Assembly (NCBI RefSeq): GCF_040938485.1
Contig: NW_027270973.1
Span: 992,001 to 1,056,000, forward strand
Length of the DNA: 64,000 bases
Origin: Diadema antillarum
Lineage: Eukaryota
Direction of reading: 5' to 3'
Part shown: positions 40,801 through 54,700 of the stretch, piece by piece
Layout of the letters: every line of letters begins with the position of its first letter
How positions within the stretch are numbered: position 1 is the first letter of the stretch
Made by a program: the position numbers and the translations under genes
Notes under the pieces: generated by a model
What the model was told of the DNA's origin: nothing
What the model saw: only the letters and a program-made list of their open reading frames with translations
The model's database searches: none

Positions 40801-43800
40801 CACACCTGTAATTGAAGCAAGAACATAGCCTTGTACTACTGACATCATCTTCATCTTCGTCATGATAATCATTTAAAAGAAACACCCGAAAGTATACCTT
40901 AATTCGTACATTACGGACATAATACAAGACGGAAGAAATTATTCTTAACCACTTTTGATAATTCAATACTGTGATTCTTCCCTAGTACCACCCACCTTCT
41001 CCCCTACCACTCATTCTTTGTTTTTGTTTCTATTCTACATTCTCTACAAGTAAGACTCACTCAGTGCAGAACACTATTCTATTTTTTTTTACATTATTGC
41101 TGATAGTGACACTGAAAAAAAAATAGCATCATAGATAAGTTTTTAGAAAATGGCACTTTTTTCCTGGTACTTTCATTTTGACGATTTACAAATTATTTCA
41201 AAATCTATTTTCTTTATCTAATTTGCAAGTCGTCATTTGATCTGTCATGATGATTAAGCTCTTTTGGCATTTTTGGGAATTGTATAAAGAAAGCAGTCTC
41301 ACCATTTCCGCACGTGATCTGAATCTTGTTATGCAACGCCTGTGCCAAGACGTGTACGGCGTTGATCAGCGTGGCGGTGTAGGCAGGGAGACGCCCCTGC
41401 TTGCCGAGGTCAACGTCCTTGAGGCACTGCGAGGACGAACAGCCTTCAGCCAACTCGTCCACGACGTAGTTACGCAGCCAATGGTTGTTGTCCATCTCCT
41501 TCTCCAGATCTATGAAGGTCAAGGGTAATAAAAAGAGCGATATTTCTTAACTTCGTTTTTTTTTTTCTTTCTAATAGAAATGATATGATTACAAGCATGG
41601 ATTTCAATCCATTTAAAGTGTGTCTTTTTTTACTTTGCGCTAATTAAAGCGGGGTTACCTCATACTTTCAGAATGTATACAACTTCATACGTAATAACCA
41701 ATTTCAACATTATTTGAATCTCCACGATGTGCGTTTTCGTTCGAGAGGTGATTAGCTTGTCATCTTTTGGTAAAATTATATGCGTATAAACATGCTTGCG
41801 ATTTAACAATCGCTGCACTCTGACCAATTTTTAAATCAATTTTCAGAACAACGTTGCATTTAGATGTAAAAGTCATAAATTTTTCTTCAAATTTTGAGAT
41901 ACATTAAATTATAGCAATATTCGTAGTGATTTATTCCCACCTAAGTTGGAGAGATGGTTCTTCAGCGGCTGAAGGTCAACGATGTAGTTTGTGATAACGA
42001 TGGCACCGCGAGCAATATCCTCCAGACCCTGGGTCACGTCCACCTCTGGGTCAGTGAACCACTTGTCCGATCCAATCCACGTGATCTTGTCTACTGAAGT
42101 GGGTCCCGACTTGGGCAAGGTCTTTTCGGCCGTGAGGAGGGCACGCGCGTCACCACCTTAGGTAGGAAACAAAACTTGAGCAGTTGAGGCGCCTTTTCTA
42201 ATTGCTACGCCAAAGTTACTGTAATTTGTTTAGCTCCATATACCACCTGAAATGGTTTCGATTAATCTTGGATGATTTTCTCTTTTTTTCATAAGGGGAA
42301 AAAAAAACTTCATGGCCCCGGAGATGGACATTATTTTCCATAATCATACAAAAATGATAATTTTCTTGTACATTTTCTCTTGAATTTGCCTCTTTGACAT
42401 ACTACTAGAGTACATTATCAGACCTGTTTTAATGAATGGAGATAAAGGGCAAAACTAGCAAAACGTTGGGATGGTGTGCATTATGCAGTCATTAGATTCA
42501 TTTCAAATTACGACCACTTGAAGACTAAATACGATGAGTGGAAAGGTCAATTCTTTAGGACAAAATGAAGACAAAAGTTGTGATACTGTATAGAAAATTA
42601 AACACTAAAGATTCTACGACATGTATGAATGGGCACACATTTCACAGGCGATCATACGCGAGTCTCGTCGACCCTTCTCATTCTCGTAAGAGTAGTAGGC
42701 CTATGTATACACCCAATGTAGTCCTTCAGTTTAAATACAACATTTCCACCTTGCCCTGCCACTGCAATGTAAGTACTTTTGTAACGCCACAAACCATGTT
42801 TTGCGCCGGGGTCAAGAGAGACAATGGAGTTAAATCATTTTATTACAGAAGCCGAGGACCGAGCGGGATCCGAACTCGGGATCTCCGTTTAAACGTCTAG
42901 AGCCTTTTTGTTTTTGTTTTTGGTACCACAGTGCTCCCACTTCAGCTCTTCCACTTATTAGATAACCTAGTAGCACTCACTCTCAACAAAGGCGACGACG
43001 ACTGAGATGTTGTAGTTCCTGATCGTGGTGACGATGTCGTCATGGATAGCCTGCGGTGAGTCCAGGTCGATGCCAATGCTCTCACGGACACAGATGCCGT
43101 TGGCGACGGCGGCCTCGTTGAACGTTGTGTTTCCTGGTATAAGGTGATGCCACAAACATCATTACAAAAGCGAAGTTTATCTTCCTACGTTTTCACTGAA
43201 ATAATAATATATTAGAGACAATAGTCCACACGATTAGTATGCCACGTCTTCGTTTGCAAATCAAGCTCTCATCGTTGAAAATAGTTTGTGTCAGTAAAAA
43301 GGTAATGACTGATTTACAAAAACCCATTCAACCAATCGATATTACAGCAATCCCCATCAGTAACTTAAAAAACAAACAAACAATGTGGCACTGGATATGG
43401 AGTAAAAAAAAAACACAACTAAACGGATATAAACAACTGTTCATTTACTTCTAACGTTGTGTCAAAGTTTATCCCCAGAAGGAATATCTTCAAGGGACTG
43501 ATAAGTTGTGATCTTAAAAGATCCAGTCAGTGGCATTATTTTTTTTTTCAAGGAAAGCAGCTTGTGCTTGATATTAGGGACATAATCCTCGGAAAAGGAC
43601 ATCATAGGCTTAATCACTCTAAAACTTGCAAATGTATGGCCAGAAAAGCAGCACGTTATCATCACTGGAGTTACCTGCATGACCGTAGTAGGAGTGGGAA
43701 TACACAAAGAGGACGTGGCGCCATCCCATATGGACGAGGACATCGACCACTGCCCTGGCCTCCTGGTCGTACGACGGGGCGGTGCTGACCAGCGACGATG

Positions 43801-45662
43801 CCGGGTATGGTCCTTCGTCGCTGAAGACCGACGGACTGGCGGGCGTGAAGCCAATCTAGACAGGAAAGTTTGCCATGTGAAAAGGAGTTTTGTTTTGTTT
43901 TGTTTTGTTTTTCAGTGGTGTAGTATGCAAAGTTCTAATCGAAGTGCCAAGTAATTTTCATCTCGGGGTCGGTGTGTTTAACAGTCTAAGAACGACCCAG
44001 GACATCATAAAGGGATATGGACGCAGTATACTGGTCTTACAGGTCGCCATTTCGACAATCATGACAGAATTAACAGAAACTCACAGAGACAGGACAAAAA
44101 CAGAAAAAGGAATTCACCGCGTCAATAATCACTCTTGATCAAATGATATCCATACCGTAGGTATTTTGAAGGGAGATGTGACGTCACTGGCCACGTGACC
44201 TTGCAGGTACTCCCTGACTGGACCGAGGACACCAATCATGGGACCAGTCTCGGGCAGGTCGAGGGTGGTGGAACCCATGACCGCAGTCAGCTGACGGGCA
44301 GCGACGAGGAACTGACCGCAAGAATCGATGACCGTTAGGCCCAGCTTGATGCCAGGGAGAATTTTGCTGTTGTTGTTGATTTGATCCAGTGCGTATTTGA
44401 TGATCTGAAATTCAATGAAGGAATTCATAATTGATGTCTTTACATCTTCCTTTGAGTCGAAATTAATCAAGACAAATTGTTTTACACTCAAATAAATCAC
44501 AGGTTGAGACATATCGCATTATGTCATTTGGAAATTGTAATGATTTGCCGTTGTTTTTAAACGCAGGGACACACATGCTGCAAGATGTACAATGCAAATA
44601 TGTTATGGTTCGGCCGAGTCATTTGGATTTACTTTCGGTGTCGATACTCTCAAAGTAAGTTCATACAAGCTGCCGTGTGACCAACGACTAAAGTTCGTTC
44701 CAAATGAGAAACATCATAATCATTATTTATTATTTTCCTTCTTTATTTTCGTAACAGACATGACAGAAAACATAATCGTTTAAATTTTCTGATAAATTAT
44801 TTGTTGTTGTTTAACACAAGGAGTTGGACAGTGTGTACAGCAAGTTTAGTATAGTTTTGTTGTTGTTGATGATGCTTTGTATTATATTGTTTTGGTTCTG
44901 GTTTTTGTTTGTTTGTTTGTGTTTGCTTGTTTGTTTGTGTTTGTTTGTTCTTTACCGATCGGCACTCAGAGCACACAAGCAACAAAGGATTTTACAGCTC
45001 ACCTGGATAGCCATGGTTTCCGTGTAGCGCGTGGCCCCACAGGTCAAATTGGCAGGAGCACCCTCCTCGCTCAACCAGAGCACAGCGGGAATGTCAAAGT
45101 CACCGGGAATGCGCATGTAGGTTGCCCCGAGATTCTCAGGAGTCTCACACTCGGCGCACAGCCCTCGGCACGTTGACTCCTTGCCGGCACCGACGGAGTA
45201 CCGGTTGTCGAGGATAACCAGCCCATTCGCATCATATTTTGCCACCTGGTAAGTATTAAAAATTTTGATTCTTGATTTGTACAATTATAATTGCGTGCTT
45301 TCTGTCTGCAATTTTCAATTTCATTCACTCAAGATATGTCATTAATGGTTTGTGTTTTAAACAACCGGATTTATGATACATAAACAAACTGAAACACACA
45401 TCAAGAAGATGTCATTAAAGACAATCTAAGAACCATTCACTAAGTATATTGATAATGAGGAGGTTGTAACCATAATTTATCTATACACATAACAATGCTA
45501 TAAAGTTGGTGAAGTTAACGTTACAAGTGCACCTTCATAAATGGCAAATGTGGGTTTGATAAACCACAAACTCATTGTATTGCAATGATTTAGATATACT
45601 TACAAAGAGCGATTCGTGTGATCAGGTGTATACTCTAGGCCCTATACATAATATCATTATAG

Positions 45663-45699
<37 letters not shown>

Positions 45700-48600
45700 C
45701 CTATCATAACAATCTTGACCTCGTTTTGATATAATAAAGTCACCTATATACTGCTTCCTGGAAATCACGAGCACCATTATGAATATAATGGTAGACAGCT
45801 TTGAGAATGAAGTGAACCAGGACTCTTTAATGGTTATCACTCACAGGGTTGTTAGTGAGAGCACTGGTGAGCGCCACAAAGTTCAGAGCTACGGGGCCGT
45901 CCCCTTCCGCGTCGAACTCAACCTCCTGCATACTACCTGACACGCTCATGAAGTTCACTTCGCGGATGTAGCGCGTCCACTCGCTGGGCGTCGTGTCCAG
46001 CAGCGCCTGACAGATACCGCTGCGCACCGCACCCGTGCTGACACACTTGTCACGTTGGAGGGCGGACAGGGCTTGCGCGTACACGTGAACAGCGTTGATT
46101 ACTCCCTCCGTGCTTGGAATCTCGTCACGTGACAAGGATTCCATTCCTGTAAGGATGCCAATAGAGCATGAAATCACTTCAGTATCGCTAATCACGGGAA
46201 ACATTTTTGAACAACAAGAAAAAATGGCGCCGACATTGAACACATTCGTTTTGTCATCCAAGGGTATATTGATTTCAAAACGGAATGTTCTCTGTATTAT
46301 AAACTTCTTTGATAATGCACAACTGTGACTAAATTTCCTAGAAGCTACTGAAAGTAAGACATTTCTGTTTTCGTGGTCCTACATTTCCTATTGAAGGTCT
46401 TTGCTTATCACGTTCTTCCTCACGTTCTATAAAGGATCTTGATACTGTTCGCAATTCATCCGCTGTATTTTCACGTCTTTTGCTTTTCAGGTGCATAAAC
46501 ATTGACAAATACTCCTTCCTTCGCATAATATGTACGATATAGACAGAAATACCTTCTACAATCAAATTGTTTGTGCGATTTGTTCATACATCAATCTCCG
46601 TCATGCCTCCAGAGAATGGCAGTAGGAAGCTAATCACATAGCAGGCGGTAACCTCTATTTTACAAATCCAGTAGCATGATGAATACTAATTCACTTCGTT
46701 ATTTCTCTTGCGCTAATGTAACACGAGGATCAAACATTTGGTCTCATGATAACACATTTTTTAATAGTTGTGGAGCTTATCAGGGCAATTACCCCCGAGG
46801 ACAATTACCCCCGGATAAATACTGGTTAGTGATATGGTCAGAGTACATAAACACAAGGGTTAGGGTTAGGTTTAGGTTAGAGTTTGGGGTAGGGTAAGGA
46901 TTAGGTTCAGGATTAGGATTAGGGCTAGGGTCAGGGGAAGGGTCCGGGGTAATTGTCCAGGGGGTAATTGCCCTAGACCCGTTGTGGAGACCCACCTGTG
47001 CAAGGAGTGGAATAGCGCTGTGGTAATCCTGAGTACGACAGCTGGCATTCGAATTTCTTCATCCAGTATTCATAGAACCAGGTGTTTTCCACTGAGTCAC
47101 TAAACAGGTCCTCCTGCATCACCGCACTGGGGGTCAACGCCGCAAAGTAGTTGGTGAAGTCTTCGACGGGGGTGGTAACCCTGGCAAGAGTGATGGAATC
47201 TGTAAGACCAACGAGAACGAGGATTTGAGTTTAGTGGGCATTATCTTTCTCTCGGGAACAAAAAAACAACAAAAAACAACAACAATCAAGATGGACCAAT
47301 CATCTTTCCTCCTCAAGGTGAACAGTCAACGAACTTGACTTTGATTCTATAGTATAGTGAAAGTTTGTTGAAGATTTGCTATTGAACCAATATGGAGCTA
47401 AATAGGGATGAAAGTGATGATTTCTCCGCACATCGTCAAATGATAAAATTCTTAAAAGCAGAAAAAACAATATCTATGAGTGTGTTTTCACAAAAGATGA
47501 TAATAAGAAAATATGAATATATACAGTGCACACATTCAAAAGATACATTTTATACATCAATAATACATTGAAGTGTGAAGGAAAGGAAAGATAAAGTTCG
47601 GGACGGTGAATACCAGGTATTATACAGTATAACAAAATATCAAAGGAATCTACGTCACAAAGAAACTAAACTAAAAAGTCAAGCCTAAGAAATATTATGT
47701 GAACGGAACAATGGATTATGAATCACTTTATAGTCTTGGAGTGTGATGCTTTCTACCTAAGATATGAACAAACAGTTCAAGGTTCAGAATGTGCATGTAA
47801 CACTGGACAAGTGACTTGTATTCCGGGACAATGCTTTCTACCTAAGATGTGAACTCATCTTTAGTAGTAAACATAGTAGGTACAGATATTCATGAAGGTG
47901 GAAAGATGAACGTTTCTGAGGGGCCCTTGTCTATAGGAGGACACAGGAAGTCCAGGTCCAGGACTAGGTCTTTACCTCAACATCCAAGGACAGGGCCACA
48001 GAGTTGTTCGTATAGTTCCCTGAGTCCGCCTTTCCTAATGACTGACCATTGCATTTTAAAGGGGCATTCCGGACGATTTTCATAATTTCACATCATGCAG
48101 TACATAAATCGACAGCTCCATATATAGATTCGTGGAATTTATTGTGGTCCTTGAGCAGAAAAACCAATGAATTTAAAATCTTAAACAAATTACACTGAAC
48201 GGTGTTGATGACATCAGAGCCTCATATATTTCAGAAATGTAGCAGTGTAATTCCGTTACAATACCACATGCTCAACAAGTTTACCTGTGAAAAATCTATG
48301 CATGCCTTCTTCTTTTGTTCTGCTTCCTTGAGCCCCAACTCATACATTCTTATGGTGAGGCTGCCATGTCATCATCCTTGTTCATTGCAATTTGTTATAA
48401 ATTTTGAAAACATTCTCATTCCTCATCCCAATCACTATAAATTCTGAAACTCTGTACTCAGTTTAACTAATTTATAGTTGCTCAAATGTAAAAGTCTGAA
48501 AATCATCCGGAGGTCCCCTTTAAGTTACCCAGGCTCCCCTTTAAGCCCTCATCGTACTTACCGACATGGACATTCCTGTCCCAGCTGTCAAGGTACATGG

Positions 48601-51600
48601 TATCCTCGGTGAAGACGTGCACGACCTGCATGTACTCTCCGGGCAGCTCGCGCCGCTCGAGGGCGCTGAAGAAGAATTGGGTCTCGTAGTAGTCGGCGAA
48701 GTTGACGACGACGTCCGCCGAAGCCTTGGCTAGGAGGCGGTCGACGACACCGTTGTAGTCGGTGGTTGGTTGGAAGGTGATAGTCTGTGCGACGCAGACA
48801 CCGTACTGCAAGGCGGATCAGTTTGATGGAGGAAACAGATATTTCTTGAGAGGCTAAGGCATGATTATCTCGCTTGATGTCTGTCGAGTCATGAATGATG
48901 CATTGACAACTGTAATATTTATACACTTTACAGCAAAGAAATCTTTCAGATATGAATTTTGAATATGATCGAACAAATATCTATAAAATAACATAAAGGA
49001 AGTATCTTTTCTTTAAATCGAACCAACAAGATTTCTATCCACGTTGCAACACAATCGACATGGGGAAGTGAATCCACTTCAAAATGTTGCTCCACATTAA
49101 GGGGCAATTTCAAACAAGAAAAAGAAATAACATAAAAATGAGCTGAGCACTAAATAGTGCACAGTGATTGAAAGGCGTACCTCCCGTGCTCGTTCGATGA
49201 AAACCGCAGCCGTGTCATTATAGATTCCATCATTGGACTGCACAACCTGGACGTATGTCAAACCATGCTCCTGCAGAAATTCCAGGACGGCCGTCACCAT
49301 GCTACAGCTGGGTGCCACCATGCGAGAGAAGTAGGGGTACTGCGTCTTGTCGCTTAGAGTCGGGAGGCGGGCGGAATCGCTGATTTGGGGCACGCCGAGT
49401 GGCTGTGTGCATAAACATAAATGTGACAATGTCATACTAAGAACGTCTACATCCTATAATTGGGCATTTTCTCCTACTTCATCACAACATACTTGCATCA
49501 TTCCAGAAAAATTGACAATTTGGGCTATCACGAGCTCCTCATGGTTTTTATAACAGAATAAAGTGAAATCACATAGCACTCGTAATAGTTCCATGTCACA
49601 TAATTCATTGTATTGCCTAAAAAACAGCAAACGAAAAAAAAAATGGCGTTGCGCGGCCAGTGATCTGCGAAATGAGTTGATGCATAGGATCTGACAGTGT
49701 TTTTGTCCATGAATAGAAAGAGTTAATTTTATGCCCATTTCCAAGATATCTCACGTCCCTGATGTCATATTCATTTATAAATCGAGCTGAATGTGACAGG
49801 AAGATGTATTTCATACTTTTAAATTTGTCCATGACATATCTATGTTAACGTTTCTGATGGCTTCTTTCTTTGACTGAGCACTGCGTACATTTTGCTCATC
49901 AACGGCAACAAAAGTCGGTGACAATATCATTAAATCGCAACAAAAAAGCATGAAAATTTACGCAGAAGAGAATTTCTCTGAAACTGATATTCTCTGTCAA
50001 AGTAATAAAAAGGAGATCCACAAGTCCACACCTGCAACACTTCATCAATTTCCATCGTCTCCTCTTCTCCCGCGTAGCTAATCACACCAGCAATGTAGTA
50101 ATCCTCGTCACCATGGTAACGCCCAAACGCCTTGCCTGGCTGCCGCTCGAAGCGCTGCACGATGTCGTATGCAGCAGCCGATGCCTGCTGGACCGAGGAG
50201 CACGTCTCACCTAGAACGGGTTTCAGCTGATGAGTAGAAGGATGAAAACTGTAGTTTTTTTGTAGTTTTTTTTTTTCACTCAATACGAACAAATTGTACA
50301 CTTCATTTATGGAGAAGGTAACATAAAACCTGCATTCATCATGTTCATATCAAAACCTAAATTATTGAAGATATTCGCTTCTCTCTTTCACTTCTCTCTT
50401 TCACTTCTCTCTCTTTCTTTCGTCCTCTTTTCCCTTCTCTCTCTCTCTCTCTCTCACGATGAAAATGGGGAGAAATTTTAAATCATCAACATGCAACACT
50501 CTGCAACGTAGTCCTTTATTTTTCCCTCATGTTCTTTCAATAACACAGCTCCTTGACTTGCTTTCAATATTTCCCACGATGATTAAGCTTCAAATCTGCA
50601 AAGTGTTTTAAACAAAATGATCGAATCTATTCAAACTGACATGACTGAATTGAATTTACTTTAATAATTATTGACCATAATCGGAGCCTAATTCGCAGGA
50701 ACCTTACCTGAATTCCAGGTAGGATGGACGAGTCTCTGTTGACCTTGTCCAAGGCCCACATCATGGCCTGAGAGTGGACAAACCCGGAATGACCGCTAAA
50801 GGTTGAGCAACCTGTCCAATCAAACCATAAAACCAAAGCGGCATTAGACAAAATGTCCATGTACTGCTTTGGTAAACGGCCTCCTAAAACTTGTCCTATT
50901 GTTTCATCTATTCCATTGAAAAGACACTTATAAAAAAAAGAAAATAAAACATATGACATTCGATTCCATTAAAATCAGTGGATTAAAGAAAATATGGTAA
51001 TAAGATGCTCTACAAAAATTCAAAACCAATACTTCAGAAATCACTCTGTGTCAAATGTCTGATATTTCAACGACTTTATTCATTCGTTTATCTTTCTTTA
51101 CATGACTTTGCAATGTATTGTCTCGTCGATCATGAGCGCCTACAATAAAGACTTAATTACGTATTACCAACCAACGACTTCTTGCTTATATCTCCTTCTC
51201 TTTCTCTCTATCTCTTTCTACTTCTTGTTGTAGAGGGACGGGTGAGAGACATACATGTACCTCTTCTCTTCCCCGCCATGATACCGAATCGAGATTGCCT
51301 CTCTGTTTAACCACAGTCCTTCTCTTACTATATTGAAATAACTTCCAATCGCACGATGTCTAAGCGTCTGAAGGAAATAAAAGGCTCATCAACCACAATG
51401 GTCCTTTTTGATAGGGGCCTTTGAGCTCTCACTAACCTGGGTCATGGATCGGGAAGATACCAGCAATCTTGAAGACGTCATAGCGGTCGTACACCACCGG
51501 ACAGGAACCAGTGGTACAGACGGAGGGAGGGGGGCTGTTGGACCGGATTCCACCTTGAAGGAAGAACTCAAAGTTGTTCGTCTGAATGTTCAGTGATCCG

Positions 51601-51679
51601 CTTCCAGCCCAGCTTCCCACCTACGAAACACACAGACGGACGAACAGAAATAAACAAACACATACACACACACACACAT

Positions 51680-51732
<53 letters not shown>

Positions 51733-54700
51733 CGCGCACAGAAACACGAAATAGGAAAACATTGAAGGTCATTTTGAGACCAAAGTGGGTTTTTTATCGA
51801 TGTTTATACAAAGCTAATTTGACTAGTATGGTTACGAAGTTTATCTAACAAGCGTAGTGACTAGGGCCCCGTCTTATGAAGACTTGTGATTGATTAAAAT
51901 CAATCGCAACTTTACGATTGAATGTAAATCCATCTTATTAAAAAGTTATGATTGAAATTAAGACAGAGAACTGCAATCAATCAATCACAGGTTGCGATTG
52001 ATTGCAGCTTTCAAGAGATTTGTGATTGATTGATATCTATCACAAGTTTTATAAGACAGGGCCCAGGAGTATAATGAGGCAGTTTCGTAGAATATGAAAT
52101 AGGAAAATAGGCATATCAGCGGGAGATGACAAGATGAATAAAGATTCAAAAAGCCTGTCACTGATTATGTAATATGATCATTTCTTCTGTACGTTCACCA
52201 ACTAACTAGCGTGTGGCCGTTATGGAGCCAAAATACAATTGGGCTACTTCGCATGCCATGGTTTTTTACTCTCTATCAAATTTGGCGATAATACTAATGA
52301 GTCCGTCTTACCATCTGCGTCTTAAAGGCAGCACCCATAGACTTGTACTGCCTGATCTCGTAGGCCGGTGCTACTGGGTTTCCGTGCTCGTCGAATGCGA
52401 TGCGCCTCCCCGTTACGCCGGTGAAGTCCGCCGTCCGCACATACTGCTCCAGGAATTCCGCAGGATCAAGGGCCTTCATGGCGCGACACACACCCATGGT
52501 GGTGGGGCCGCACAGGTCCGCATGTGCGCGGACGAGGGCATCTACGTAGACATGGGCTGCATCGATCATGGCAGGAACATAGGGGTTGCCATTTCCGGCA
52601 AGGCTATTGGCAGCCAAGTAAGCCTAAAATCAGAGAAAAGTAAACATCACTACAAATGTGTAAAATGAAAACTTCATTGTACAGCAGCGACGTTACAATG
52701 ACGACCGTGAATCCAAATAAGAATGCATGTATCTACTTTCATTTTCTTTTTCTTGACTGATCGTAGTATGATGTATCCCTGTGGCATTTGCTTCCACTTC
52801 TTTTGGTAAAAGGAGGTTAACAATGATGAAATTATGCAGAAAAACTGTAAAAGCACAACCTTCTTTGAGACAGTAATACGTTGAGGATTTCACATCGAAG
52901 CCAGGGCAGTGTTATCATGGCCACCTTGGAAGCACTGTTTGTTTCAGTTCCTCCTACCCTACCTGGAACTGAGGGTTGTTGTATTCTCCAGGGCCAATCG
53001 TTATCAGACCCTTGGCCGCCATGTTCAGGGCTGCACCTGCGAGCTGAGAGTCCATCGTCTCTGCTACGTAGTCACTGCCTACAAACTGGAGATCGAGCGC
53101 TGCCCCACCAGCGGACTGGACGGCAGTCAGAAGACCGACGGTCTGGGCAGGAGACGCCCAGACTACGACCGCTGGAGACATGGAAGAAAGAACCACAAAC
53201 GTGAACTTTTCGACATTCAAGAGGAGTCCTTCCGATTTTCAAGCGTATTGTAAATATTCTTAGTCAACATAGTAGGCATCCTAACTGTCTTCATTATTGC
53301 CTTCTCAAATATTCATCCACCCATATTCACCCATCTATCCATCTATCTGTCATAAATGATAAGGTCTTATTTACCCAGGGTAGTCTCTTCAGTGTCGTCA
53401 CTGCTCTACCACAGGGCACTGTCATTATTATTACCCAAGCGTTGCCAGGTACCCATTTATACACCTGGGTTGAGAGGGACATTGCGGGTCGCAACATCTT
53501 GTGCAAGGACGTATGCACTGGGCGGGAATCAAACTCAGGTCCTCCGCTTGAGATTCGGGAGTCGTATCCATTATGCCACAGCCCCCCCCCCCCCTCCCCA
53601 CATCTATTTCTTTATCTTTCAGTGTCTTCCCGTCCAAATTCTCATCCAGCCACGAGAGATGCCATCTCCTGGGACATTTCATATTCTGTGAAAGTAACTT
53701 ATCGTTGTTGACTCAAATTCCCCTCCTGGTGGTATCTACTTCCTTCATCAAAGCCGTCTCAACCAAGAGAGGGGCGCAGCTGAAAAATGACAGGTGCTGA
53801 AACCAGTGTTTAGGTGACTTAGGCCCTTCTTCTCCTAAAGAGAGGACAGCTTTTATGACGTCATGGCCTACCTTTGGCATCGCTGTTTCCCACAAGCTGG
53901 GCGATGATGGCGTCGTAGTCTGCACCAGCCTTGGGCACTGTGATTAACGATGCGACCTCCACCTGTCCCCTCGCAGCGTCCAGGAACGCACCGGCTCCAC
54001 CTTCGCCATAGCTCCCCTCGCTATGGAGAACCTGCACGTACGTCCATCCCAGCTCTGCCAAGAGTTCCACCATGACCTTTAAGACGGAGATGATGAGCCA
54101 AGCATTATAGATACAGCATCACTCCGAGTGCAAAGAACCTCTCGTTGAGGCAAAAACGCCTTTCATTCAATACCCGAAAGTAGGATGAGTCTCAACTCTA
54201 GTCATAATTGCCCTAATCCATTTACCATGCAGGCCTTCGATTCTTTCAGATACATTTTATCTACACATGGATAGTCAATGTGGAGAATGTCTCTCAAAGC
54301 ATTCTGTAGTTGTCGTGGTACTTTCTTGTCAATTTTCTACTTCGACCACTAACGTCGATAGTGTAATAGAAATTTATTGTTGCTTATCATACAATTTAAA
54401 GCAGTGGCGGATCCAGAGGGGGGGGGGGCGCAACCAGCGCACGCCCCCCCCCCCTTTATTTTTCGTGAAAAACAAAAGAAAAAAAATGAAATGAAACCCG
54501 GAAGTGGCACCAGAAATATAAGTTGCGCCCTCCCCCCCCCCCCCCCTTTTACAGAATTCCTGGATCCGCCCCTGATTTCAAGATATCACAAAGACTGCGC
54601 ATCATACTTACACTTGCCTGATAGGAGGCAATTCCACTTTGTTCGGTTTTTAAGATCCGGTCTCGGTATCATAAACAAGAAATTACCTGAGCCTGTACAT

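Larger units (their letters stand above)
45170..51490 (-). other. GPCR domain: Venus-flytrap 2 (middle), about aa 475-950
   Basis: FKIAGIFPIHDPGGC, QAMMWALDKVNRDSSILPGIQL..ETC, GVPQISDSA..LSDKTQYPYFSRMV, GLTYVQVVQS, GVCVA, ENTWFYEYWMKKFECQL...CTG, VINAVHVYAQAL..C..GICQAL, FDAEGDG, VAKY. Confidence 0.9.

Noticed and set aside
42845-42900. tRNA-like B-box sequence on the minus strand
   Set aside because: No complete cloverleaf; probably a SINE head fragment. The same applies to about 15330-15395.
46855-46935. TTAGGG-like repeats suggesting an interstitial telomere or G-quadruplex
   Set aside because: Degenerate and enclosed by inverted termini, so better explained as the core of a small interspersed element.
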